A DNA stretch of 32,879 bases from Deltaproteobacteria bacterium (GCA_032128115.1 JAQBHB010000105.1:1-32879); one strand, 5' to 3'. Shown: positions 17,499 through 25,927, numbered from the stretch's first letter. The notes: generated from the letters alone by a model not told the origin. Program-made: numbers and translations.

Positions 17499-17945
17499 AT
17501 GAGCAAGGTTCACGTTTTCGTCAGCTTCGACCTCGAGCACGACAGGGATCTGCACGATCTGCTTCTCGAGCAGTCCTCGGTGCCGACCCTCGGATTCGAG
17601 GTCTCGGCTCGATCCGAGTCCCGGGCCGTGACGGATCTTGCCGGAGAGAGGGTGCGCCGCCGGATCCGTGAGGCGGACCAGGTGATCATCATCTGCGGGG
17701 AGCACACGGACGAGTCGATGGCTGTGGGCGCCGAGCTCCGCATCGCCCGGGAGGAGAAGACGCCCTATTTCCTGCTCTGGGGCCGGCGGGACAGCATGTG
17801 CAGCAAGCCGGCTACGGCCAAGCCCGCGGACGGGATGTATAGCTGGACCTCGGAGATTCTGCAGAATCAGATCGTCATGACCCTCCGGAACGCCCGCTGG
17901 GATGCGAAGGCTGCAGGCCGGTCCGAAGCGGCTCAAAAGGGCTGA
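17499..17945 (+). CDS. Stand-alone TIR-like domain protein (MTH538/DUF1863, ThsB-like)
   Basis: VFVSFDLEHD start, R.RI..AD.VIIICGEHT..S..V..EL.IA....PYFLLWG and Y.WT. Glutamate retained at the TIR catalytic position. Start revised to ATG 17499. Confidence 0.8.
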   Translation: MSKVHVFVSFDLEHDRDLHDLLLEQSSVPTLGFEVSARSESRAVTDLAGERVRRRIREADQVIIICGEHTDESMAVGAELRIAREEKTPYFLLWGRRDSMCSKPATAKPADGMYSWTSEILQNQIVMTLRNARWDAKAAGRSEAAQKG

Positions 17946-18224
17946 CAGAACCACAGGGGGTGCCAGCCGTCCCCTGGCGCTGCTTGCGCAGGCTGGGCCC
18001 GTCCCATACCCTCCCCGCCAGAGAGGTCAGTTAGGGCCGACCACGCGGCATTGTTTCTCGCCTGCCTGTTCTTCGTCCCCGAGTCAATCTGCCTTTCGTT
18101 CAGCTCATAAGGGCTGGACCGCATTACGATCGCCCGCGGGATCTGATGCTCGGACGTCCCGAGCGGATCCTGCCGATCATCGCGCCCCTGCCGGATTTCG
18201 GCTCGGGGCGGACAGGAAGACCAA

Positions 18225-18518
18225 GTGAGCAAGAAGCTTTATGTCGGAAACCTTCCCTTCTCCAGCACCGAGGAGGATCTCAAGGATCTCTTCGGTCGGC
18301 ACGGTGCCGTCGAGTCGGTCAACGTGATCACGGATCGCGAAACCGGCCGCCCGCGCGGCTTTGCGTTTGTGGAGATGGAAGAAGCGAGCGCTGCGCAGGA
18401 CGCGATCAGCGCCCTGGACGGGAGTGACCTCGGAGGCCGGAACATCAAGGTAAACGAGGCCCAGGACCGCCAGCGTGGCGGCGGCGGCGGCGGCGGCGGC
18501 GGCCGCGACCGCTACTAG
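18225..18518 (+). CDS. RRM (RNP-1) RNA-binding protein with Gly-rich tail
   Basis: RNP2 LYVGNL, RNP1 RGFAFVEM, GR.IKVNEA, Gly9 tail. Confidence 0.97.
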   Translation: MSKKLYVGNLPFSSTEEDLKDLFGRHGAVESVNVITDRETGRPRGFAFVEMEEASAAQDAISALDGSDLGGRNIKVNEAQDRQRGGGGGGGGGRDRY

Positions 18519-18704
18519 ACGTCCGCGTCCCATGCAGCGATCGGGACGGGGCCAGGCTCCGTCCCGATCGCTCGCGCCCTTCGTCCCTTACTCCTCATCT
18601 CCTCCGCTGCTCTCTCGCCGGCTTCCCCGGCCCTGGCCGAGCGCCTGCTCGGTCCGTGGGGCCTCAGAGCGGGGGTCTGGCGTGAGGGCGCTACATTCCG
18701 GGGC

Positions 18705-19463
18705 GTGCTCGACGCCAGCCAGCGCCAGGCCTTCCATCGGGACGGATTCCTCAATCTGGGGCCGATCTTCGCCCCCGACGAGCTGAAGCGGATCGGGGAG
18801 GAGTACGACCGTCTGGTGACGCTCGAGGCCCAGGTGCTGGGCAACGAGGAAGAGGGCGTGTTCCCGTATCGGGCCATGCTCAATTTCCGGAGCCCCGATC
18901 TCAAGCGCATGATCACCCACCCGCGTCTGCTTGCGGTGGCCAGCGAGTTGCTGGGGCCGGACGTCCGCTTCTGGTGGGACCAGGGGATCAACAAGTCGCC
19001 TGGGGCGGGAAGCTACATCGCCTGGCACCAGGACAACGGCTACACGAAGGGCCGGATCCCCGAATACCTCACGTGTTGGCTGGCCCTCGACTCTTCGGAT
19101 CTCGAGAACGGCGGCCTGCAAGTGATCCCCGGCTCCCACCGCGAGGGGCAGCGCGAGCACGAGATGCAGGGCGCGCACGCGGTGATCTCGAGCGGGACGA
19201 TCGACGTGGACAGCGCAGTGGCTCTCGGCGCGGACGCCGGCGACCTGCTGATTTTTTCGTCTCTCCTGGTACACCAGACCGTGGGCAACCGGACCCGCGA
19301 CCGCCAGCGACGGGCCTGGGTGGTGCAGTACTGCGCGGGGGACCAGCGAAACCAGGTCACGGGCGAGGTCTACGACAATCGACCCTGGGTCGTGCGCAAC
19401 GGTGTGGCCCTGGAGGCTCCCGTGGTGGAACGACGGTTCGAAATGGGGCGCGATCGCGCCTGA
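18705..19463 (+). CDS. Phytanoyl-CoA dioxygenase (PhyH) family Fe(II)/2OG enzyme
   Basis: F.RDGFL, WHQD (HxD), WLALD...ENGGLQVIPGSH, distal His in LVHQT..N...R. Confidence 0.92.
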   Translation: MLDASQRQAFHRDGFLNLGPIFAPDELKRIGEEYDRLVTLEAQVLGNEEEGVFPYRAMLNFRSPDLKRMITHPRLLAVASELLGPDVRFWWDQGINKSPGAGSYIAWHQDNGYTKGRIPEYLTCWLALDSSDLENGGLQVIPGSHREGQREHEMQGAHAVISSGTIDVDSAVALGADAGDLLIFSSLLVHQTVGNRTRDRQRRAWVVQYCAGDQRNQVTGEVYDNRPWVVRNGVALEAPVVERRFEMGRDRA

Positions 19464-19494
19464 CAGGCGCCGCATCCGCCGGAAAGGATCGCCC

Positions 19495-20889
19495 ATGCGG
19501 GGAATCGTCGAGACGTCCGAGCAGGTGCGCAGCGGCCAGACGACGGCGCGCGCGTGCGTCGATGCGGCGCTGGCCCGCATCGAAGCCCACAATCAGGACC
19601 TGGGTGCCTTCATCGTGGTCGACGCCAAGCTGGCCCACGCCGAAGCCGACCGGGTGGACGACGCCCTGGCCCGCGGTGAGGATCCGGGGCCGCTCGCCGG
19701 CGTTCCCTTCGGCGTGAAGGACGCCGATCGCTGTGCCGGGCTGCCGCTCAGCCATGGCTCGCTCCTGGGGAAGGGACGGCCGCCCGAAAGTCGGGACAGT
19801 GTCCACGTGGGCCGTCTGCGGGCCGCCGGCGCGATTCCCGTGGGCGTGACGGCGGCTCCCGAGTTCGGCGCGCTCAGCTGGACGCGCTCGCGAGCGTTTG
19901 GGGTCGCGCGCAATCCCTGGAACCTGGAACGGACGCCGGGCGGCTCGAGTGGCGGCTCGGCGGCGGCCGTGGCCGCGGGGCTCGTGCCGTTTGCCACGGC
20001 CGGCGACGGCGGCGGCTCGACCCGCATCCCCGCCGGCTACACGGGGCTCGTGGGTCACAAGCCGAGCTTCGGGCGGATTCCGCGCGAGGGCGCCACCACC
20101 TCGCAGACCGCCGTCTGGGGGGCACTGGTCACGACCGTGCGGGACGCCGCGCGACACCTGGACGTGGCGTCCGGTCCGGACGATCGCGACCGCACCTCGC
20201 TGCCTGCGCCGGGCGTGTGCTACGAGGACGCCATCGAAGACCTGGACGTCTCCGGGCTGCGCTGCCTGTGGTCGCCCGATCTGGGCTTTGCGGCCGTGGA
20301 TCCGGAGGTTCGCAGCCTGTGCGAGACCGCTGCGCACCGCCTGGTCGCAGCGGCCGAGCTCTCGCCGCGCGAGTTCGAGGTCGAGCTCGACGACCTGTTC
20401 CAACCCTGGTCGAATTCCTCCGCCATCGACGTGTGGCTGCACCTGGAGAAGGGCGATTGGCCCGACCGGGCGGGCGATTTCGGTCGCAACATCCGCGAGA
20501 GCCTGGAGGCCACCCATCCGATTCGGCTGCCGTGGTACGTGAAGGTGCTCCGCAGCCGCACCGCGCTCGAAGCCCGGGTCGCCGAGCTCTTCGAAAAGGT
20601 GGACGTGGTGCTCACCCCCACCACCGCCATCCCCGCACACGTGGCAGAAGGACCGCCGCCCGCCAGTATCGACGGTCGCCCGGTGCACCCGGCCATGGCG
20701 GTGCCCTTCACGATGCTGGCGAACCTGTGCTGGAACCCGGCCATCTCGATACCGGCAGGACAGACTCGCGACGGAATGCCTGTGGGGCTCCAGATCATGA
20801 CCCGCCGCCACGCCGATGACGTGGCCCTGCGCCTGGCGCGGATTTCCGAGCAGAACTTCCCCTGGCCGCGAACCGCCGCGGGCTACTGA
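19495..20889 (+). CDS. Amidase signature family enzyme
   Basis: PLAGVPFGVKD, RNPWN..RTPGGSSGGS, DGGGSTRIPA (Lys-cisSer-Ser triad), GMPVGLQI. Start revised to ATG 19495. Confidence 0.95.
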   Translation: MRGIVETSEQVRSGQTTARACVDAALARIEAHNQDLGAFIVVDAKLAHAEADRVDDALARGEDPGPLAGVPFGVKDADRCAGLPLSHGSLLGKGRPPESRDSVHVGRLRAAGAIPVGVTAAPEFGALSWTRSRAFGVARNPWNLERTPGGSSGGSAAAVAAGLVPFATAGDGGGSTRIPAGYTGLVGHKPSFGRIPREGATTSQTAVWGALVTTVRDAARHLDVASGPDDRDRTSLPAPGVCYEDAIEDLDVSGLRCLWSPDLGFAAVDPEVRSLCETAAHRLVAAAELSPREFEVELDDLFQPWSNSSAIDVWLHLEKGDWPDRAGDFGRNIRESLEATHPIRLPWYVKVLRSRTALEARVAELFEKVDVVLTPTTAIPAHVAEGPPPASIDGRPVHPAMAVPFTMLANLCWNPAISIPAGQTRDGMPVGLQIMTRRHADDVALRLARISEQNFPWPRTAAGY

Positions 20890-20923
20890 TCGCGACGCTG
20901 GCGCTGTCGGTACGGGAGCGACC

Positions 20924-21640
20924 GTGAGCAACCGGGTCCGGATCGCCGTGATCGTCGTGTGCGTGGTGGTGCTCTTCTACCTGGTGGTGGTGCTGGCGCG
21001 AAGCGGCGGAGCCGACGACGCGGGAATCTGCCCGGACCTTCGCGACGACTACGCGCTGTGCTCGGGAGACCCCTACAGCCCGAACTGCCAGGCGTTCGTG
21101 ATCGCGGCGGTGCGGCTGGGAGAGCGTTATCGCGCCCAGCTGGCGTCCCAGCCCGACTCCGAGAAGCTGCTCCAGGAGACCGTCTGGTGGGGCTGCGGCA
21201 CGGCCGGGCTGCCCCAGATCACGGCGCTGCTGTCGCGAGTTCCGTCCCAGACCGCCCGCGAGGCGCTCGGGGCGGAGCCGTATCGCAGTCTGGCGGCCGA
21301 GGCGGCCAGCGCGCCCGGGACCCCGCCCGCGGTCTACTCCACGGGCTGCGCCGATCTGCACACTCCCGAGGAGCGAGGGGCCTGCGCCGATCGCGACCTG
21401 GCAGCCGCGCAATCCGCCCTCTCCCGGGCGCTCCAGGCCTGCCAGGCCAGGTTGGGGGGCGAGATGGGGTCCGATCTGGCCGACGCCGAGGCGAAATGGG
21501 CCGCCCAGCGCCAGACCCGCTGCGAGGACGGAGCCGGAGCCGGCGCCGATCGCGAATTCGAGCGCTCCAGCTGCCTGGCCGATGCCGCCCGCGAGGCCAT
21601 CGGCTCCCTCCACCGCGCCCACCCGGTGTGCACCCTCTAG
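20924..21640 (+). CDS. Membrane-anchored Cys-rich protein with C-terminal LprI/DUF1311 domain
   Basis: N-terminal TM. C....T..E..AC...D...A...L, L..AE.KW...R...C and C...A.R pattern of LprI. GTG 20924 with GGGAG SD. Confidence 0.7.
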   Translation: MSNRVRIAVIVVCVVVLFYLVVVLARSGGADDAGICPDLRDDYALCSGDPYSPNCQAFVIAAVRLGERYRAQLASQPDSEKLLQETVWWGCGTAGLPQITALLSRVPSQTAREALGAEPYRSLAAEAASAPGTPPAVYSTGCADLHTPEERGACADRDLAAAQSALSRALQACQARLGGEMGSDLADAEAKWAAQRQTRCEDGAGAGADREFERSSCLADAAREAIGSLHRAHPVCTL

Positions 21641-21741
21641 CGCCTCTTGCGCAGTGCTGGAGCGGTTCAGCGGCGTTCGCGGATCGCCGACAAGAGCTTC
21701 CGAGGGGCAGGCCTGACGGCTGCTCCCACGGGAGGGATCCG

Positions 21742-23139
21742 GTGTCACGTCGCCCCGAGGCGTTGATCATCGATGGCGGCGAGCTCGAGGACGCCTACCA
21801 GTTGCTCACTGAGCTGGGGGTCGAGACCCTGCGACTCGACCCGTGCGTGAATCCGGACCTCCATCAGTGGCCCAGCCGGATCCTGATCGCCGGGGTGGAG
21901 AGGGCGGAGGCCCTGAGCGAGGCCGCCTCGAACCCCGGCTGCACGGCGATCGGGTTCACCGCGGACGCCTCAGGAGATCTCGGGGCCACGGCCCGCGAAG
22001 CAGGTTTCGACTACCTGGTTCGCCGTCCGGTTCACCCCGAGGCCCTGCGCCTGCTGATCGAGCGCGCCGTCTACTACGGCCGGGAGCGCCGCGACCTGCC
22101 CCGGCTGCCGGCCGGGTGCGACGTCATGTGGCTCGCGGGCCTGCGAGCGGGGCACGGAACCCTTGTCGAAATTTCACATGGCGGCTGCCGGATCCTGACG
22201 AAGCGCAAGCTCCCGCTCGGCACCGGGCTCAAGATCCGCCTGCCCCGCAGCCGTGTGGGTGGTTTCGGTCTGATGTTGCAGGGGCGGGTGGTGCGCACGC
22301 GCAAACCGCGAGCCGGTATCGAACGTGTGGTGATGGCGGTGGCGTTCACTGGGCTGGATGTACCCGCGCGCATCCGGCTGGATGCGCTGCTGGGTGAACT
22401 CGAGCGGGGTCCGGCGGTTCATGTTCCGGGCGAGTGGCAGCAAGATGCAGACGCTACGGTGCCGCTCTCTTCGCGGGAGGTTGCCGCGGCCGCCCCTCGG
22501 ACACCGCGGGTGCGACCGCAGCCCGATGCGTCGACTCTTCATCGCACCTCACCGCGTGCCGGAATCCGGCGCGAGGTGATCTCGCTCGATGGGAAGAACG
22601 GTTCGGTCCAGCACGTGCTGGTAGGACGCGACCTGTCTTCGAGCGGAATGCGCGTGGAGCCCCACCCGGCACTCTCCGTCGGAGACTCCGTGCGCCTGGC
22701 GGTCTACGGGCGCTTCAGCCGCGATGCTCTGGTGATCGACGCGGAGGTGGTCCGCGACGACGGCGACCACGGTCTCGGCCTGTGCTTCGTGAACGTGGAC
22801 GAGGATCTGGGGCGCCACCTGGACGATCTGGTGGCGGACGCCCTCTCGATCGAGGCGCTTCGCACGGCGGAGCAGGAGGGCGTGCTCATCACCCAGATCC
22901 TGTCGGGCGACACCCTCAAGGAATTCCAACCCGACTCGCACCTGAGGGCGGTGTATGAGGGGTTGAGCGAGCACTTCGGCGAGCTGGAGAAGCTCGAGCA
23001 CGCGGTGCTCGAACTGGCCTCTACCGGATGCAGCGTGCAACGCGTGCTGACTGTGATCCCCGAGTCGAAGCTCGCGATCTACCGCACGCTTGAATCCCTT
23101 CTGGAGCGTGGCCTGATCCGCGTCGACTCCCCGGACTAG
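21742..23139 (+). CDS. Degenerate receiver-like domain + two PilZ domains + C-terminal winged-helix-like segment
   Basis: GFDYLVRRPVHPEALRLL (end of REC-like domain). RRDLPR/EISHGG and RTSPR/DLSSSG PilZ motifs. Tail IYRTLESLLERGLI. GTG 21742 with GGGAGG SD. Confidence 0.82.
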   Translation: MSRRPEALIIDGGELEDAYQLLTELGVETLRLDPCVNPDLHQWPSRILIAGVERAEALSEAASNPGCTAIGFTADASGDLGATAREAGFDYLVRRPVHPEALRLLIERAVYYGRERRDLPRLPAGCDVMWLAGLRAGHGTLVEISHGGCRILTKRKLPLGTGLKIRLPRSRVGGFGLMLQGRVVRTRKPRAGIERVVMAVAFTGLDVPARIRLDALLGELERGPAVHVPGEWQQDADATVPLSSREVAAAAPRTPRVRPQPDASTLHRTSPRAGIRREVISLDGKNGSVQHVLVGRDLSSSGMRVEPHPALSVGDSVRLAVYGRFSRDALVIDAEVVRDDGDHGLGLCFVNVDEDLGRHLDDLVADALSIEALRTAEQEGVLITQILSGDTLKEFQPDSHLRAVYEGLSEHFGELEKLEHAVLELASTGCSVQRVLTVIPESKLAIYRTLESLLERGLIRVDSPD

Positions 23140-23879
23140 CGCGTGTTCGGCACTCGCGCGCCGTCCGCCCGGTCCAGGCGCACGTCCGCGAAGTAGGCCA
23201 CGCTGCGGGAGTCGGTCTCGTCGCTGTCGCAGAAGATCGCCACGTCCACCAGGCGCACGTCGGTCGGATCGTCCCAGATCTCCCGGTAGATGCGCGTCAG
23301 GTCCACGGATTCCCGGTGCCAGCGTCCCACGTTCTCGGAGCCGCCATTGGCGGTGTAGTGGGGGAACTCGTTGATGTACTTGTAGTCGCCAGCCCGGAGC
23401 ACCCGGTTGCCCCAGATGATCTCCATGGCGCGGCCTTCGCCGTCCTCGTTCTCGAATACCAGGAAGAGCCGGGCCGGGTGGTCGTCGCCTTCCGCCGTGA
23501 GCTCGTCCGTGTCGCTCTCGATCGGCTGTTCGACGAACCAATTCCAGCTGAGCCGGGGATACTCGCGCAGGGGGACGTCCACGTGGCGGAACAACATCGA
23601 GGCGCTGTCGTCCGTCTCGATCCGAAGCGCCGGAACCCCTTCGACCGTGGCGAACGAGAAGTGGGCCGGCGCTCGCGTGAGGAACTTCCGGTGGCGCCAG
23701 CCCGCGGGCGGAGGATCGAGAGCAAAGGGTTCGCGAAAGTCCATGACCAGGAGCGATGGCGAGCCGTCGGGCGCCAGCACGTTGACGCGCGAGCTTTCGC
23801 ACGCGATGCCCGTAGAAACCATTGCCATCCAGAGCGCGAGTCCCAACCGGATCCGGAATCGCCTCACGGCCGTCGTCAC
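23136..23879 (-). CDS. DUF3047 family putative lipoprotein
   Basis: Lipobox-like GIAC, P.LSW.W, GDDHPARL, GRW..E.VDL...Y, AIFCDSDET and F.D..L. GTG 23879 overlaps the nitroreductase TGA. Confidence 0.8.
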   Translation of the reverse strand: MTTAVRRFRIRLGLALWMAMVSTGIACESSRVNVLAPDGSPSLLVMDFREPFALDPPPAGWRHRKFLTRAPAHFSFATVEGVPALRIETDDSASMLFRHVDVPLREYPRLSWNWFVEQPIESDTDELTAEGDDHPARLFLVFENEDGEGRAMEIIWGNRVLRAGDYKYINEFPHYTANGGSENVGRWHRESVDLTRIYREIWDDPTDVRLVDVAIFCDSDETDSRSVAYFADVRLDRADGARVPNTR

Positions 23880-24553
23880 TCCACTGCCTGTGCGCCGGAA
23901 CCGGGCCACAAGGGTCGGGGAACCTGGAGGTCCGCGGGCTGGCCCCAGCGGTTGCGAAAGCACACCCGATCGACGGGCTGGCGGGGTGCAACGCCCCAGC
24001 GTCCCGTCGGATAGCCAAGGGTCACACAGCACGAAAAGCGCCAGCCCTCGTCGTCGGGCACCTCGAGCAGCTGCAGCACCTCCTGCATCCGGAACAGCAG
24101 CACGGTGGTCAGCGCCGAACCGACGCCCTCGGCACGCGCTGCGAGCATGGCGCTCCACACCGCAGGAAAGATCGAGGCGCCGGTAGGATCCATCTGGTCG
24201 AAGGCGAACAGTAGCAGGGGGTACGCCTCGAAATGCTCCCCCAGGTGCACCGCCGAGCGATACATGGAGAGGAAGCTGCGGCCCTGCGGCGTGTCGGGTG
24301 CGTCCTGGGCCTCGGCCAGGCGCGCTGCGTAGAAGCTCTCGAACACCTGTTTCAAGGCGTCGCGATAGATCGGACCGAGCCGCGACTTCACGCCCGTGTC
24401 GTCCACCAGCAGGAAGCGCCAACCCTGGGCGTTGCCACCGGTGGGCGCGCGGATGGCGGCGTCGAGAATACGGGCCTGGACGGCCTCGGGGATCGCGTCC
24501 GGGCGCACGCGGCGCATGGCGCGGGTGGTGTAGAGGGCTTCGTAGACATCCAT
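23876..24553 (-). CDS. Nitroreductase family protein
   Basis: EALYTTRAMRR, AAIRAPTGGNAQGWRF, MLAARAEGVGS, LGYP. Start revised to ATG 24553. Confidence 0.93.
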   Translation of the reverse strand: MDVYEALYTTRAMRRVRPDAIPEAVQARILDAAIRAPTGGNAQGWRFLLVDDTGVKSRLGPIYRDALKQVFESFYAARLAEAQDAPDTPQGRSFLSMYRSAVHLGEHFEAYPLLLFAFDQMDPTGASIFPAVWSAMLAARAEGVGSALTTVLLFRMQEVLQLLEVPDDEGWRFSCCVTLGYPTGRWGVAPRQPVDRVCFRNRWGQPADLQVPRPLWPGSGAQAVE

Positions 24554-24635
24554 TCCAGCAGACTCGCATGCGCTGGCCCGGGCTGCCAGATCCGCATGAT
24601 GCCTGGCATCGGTCCAGGTGCTATGTCCCCCGTTC

Positions 24636-25241
24636 ATGGAGCTGATCCTGGTCCGCCACGCGCTGCCCCAGCGCATCGAAAGGGAAGACGGCAAGCCGGC
24701 CGATCCCCGACTCAGTGAGGAGGGGCGTCGCCAGGCCGAACGACTGGCCGAATGGTTGGGCGCCGAGTCCTTCGACGCCGTGTACGCCAGTCCCCTGCGC
24801 CGCGCGCGCGAGACGGCGCAGCCGCTGGCTACGACGCTGGGGCTGTCCGTGAAGATCGAGCCCGGAGTCATCGAGTTCGATCCCGCCTCCGACAGCTACA
24901 TTCCCATGGAAGAGCTCAAGTCCGGGGACTACGGGCGGTGGCAGCAGTTGGTGACGGGCGGCCTGCTCGAGGGCATCGACGTGGATCGCTTTCGCGTCAC
25001 CGTGGTCACCAGCCTCGAGGCCCTGATCGGCGCCCACCCGAGCCAGCGCATCGTGGTTGTATGCCACGGTGGCGTCATCAACACCTGGACGGCTCACGTG
25101 CTCGGAATGGAGAAGACGCTCTTCTTCGACCCGACGTATACGGGGATCAGCCGCTTCCTGGCGGCATCCTCGGGCGAGCGCAGCGTCGCCAGCCTGAACG
25201 AGCTAGCGCACCTGCGCCCCGTGATCGTCGCGAAGGGCTAG
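24636..25241 (+). CDS. Histidine phosphatase (phosphoglycerate mutase-like) family protein
   Basis: LILVRHA, L...G..QA, SPL.RA.ETA, VVCHGG, LNELAHL. Confidence 0.92.
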   Translation: MELILVRHALPQRIEREDGKPADPRLSEEGRRQAERLAEWLGAESFDAVYASPLRRARETAQPLATTLGLSVKIEPGVIEFDPASDSYIPMEELKSGDYGRWQQLVTGGLLEGIDVDRFRVTVVTSLEALIGAHPSQRIVVVCHGGVINTWTAHVLGMEKTLFFDPTYTGISRFLAASSGERSVASLNELAHLRPVIVAKG

Positions 25242-25248
25242 CAATGAT

Positions 25249-25334
25249 GGGGACGGGGTTGACTATTGACTTTTTGGCACCCGCGTCGGATTCACACCCG
25301 TGCCCTCAAAAAGTCAATAGTCAACCCCGTCCCC
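25249..25334. repeat. 86-bp palindromic element with perfect 28-bp arms (REP/REPIN- or MITE-like; may also terminate transcription)
   Basis: GGGGACGGGGTTGACTATTGACTTTTTG (25249-25276) and its exact reverse complement (25307-25334), with a 30-nt spacer, between convergent genes. Confidence 0.9.
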
Positions 25335-25927
25335 GCCTAGTCGCTACGCGCGGCAGTCGGTCGGGCCACAGCATGAAGCCGTGGATCTGTCCGTCGTAGC
25401 GCACCCGTTCGGTGGCCACGCCCGCCCGCTGGAGCGCCTCCGCGTAGGCTTCGCCCTCGTCGCGCAGCGGGTCGAACTCGGCGGTGAGCACGCTGGCGGG
25501 CGAGAGTCCCGCGAGGCGTTCGGCGCGCGACGGGCAGGCGTTGGCGCGATGCGCGTCGGACTCGTTGGGCAGATATTTGTCCCAGAACCAACGCATGATG
25601 TCCCTGGTGAGGAAGTAGCCCTCGGCATTGTCGCGATACGACGCGGTCTCGGGAGTCGAGACTTCCGGTCACGAAACCGCCCCCGTGGAAGTACACGAGG
25701 CCCGGAAGGGCCGACGCGGCACGCGGTCGGTACAGACGCACGGGGATCTCGCCGCCGGGGCCGGGCAGGCTGCGGGCCGCCACGTCGTGGACGTCTTCGG
25801 GGGCGGATGACATTGTCAGGGCGTCGAAGCCCTTGCGGATCAGCTCGACGGAGATTTCGTCGTAGTTGATCGCCGGGCCGCTGGGCAGGGTTTCGAGGAA
25901 GGCGCGAGTCTCGGGAGCGAGGGGCAT
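25321..25927 (-). pseudogene. HSL-family alpha/beta hydrolase (esterase) with internal deletion and frameshift
   Basis: The N-part ends at VYFHGGGFVTGSLDS. At about 25651 it jumps, in another frame, to ETASYRDNAEGYFLTRDIMRWFW...AEFDPLRDEG...QIHGF. The GDSAGG nucleophile region is missing and the C-terminus runs into the palindrome. Confidence 0.9.

Noticed and set aside
17499..17945. Complete Thoeris defence system
   Set aside because: No ThsA-type effector is adjacent.
18143..18170. Hammerhead-like CTGATG followed by a stem
   Set aside because: Reads CUGAUGC rather than CUGANGA, and there is no GAAA after the stem.
18477..18503. (GGC)9 microsatellite
   Set aside because: Encodes the ordinary Gly-rich tail of RRM proteins and is in frame.
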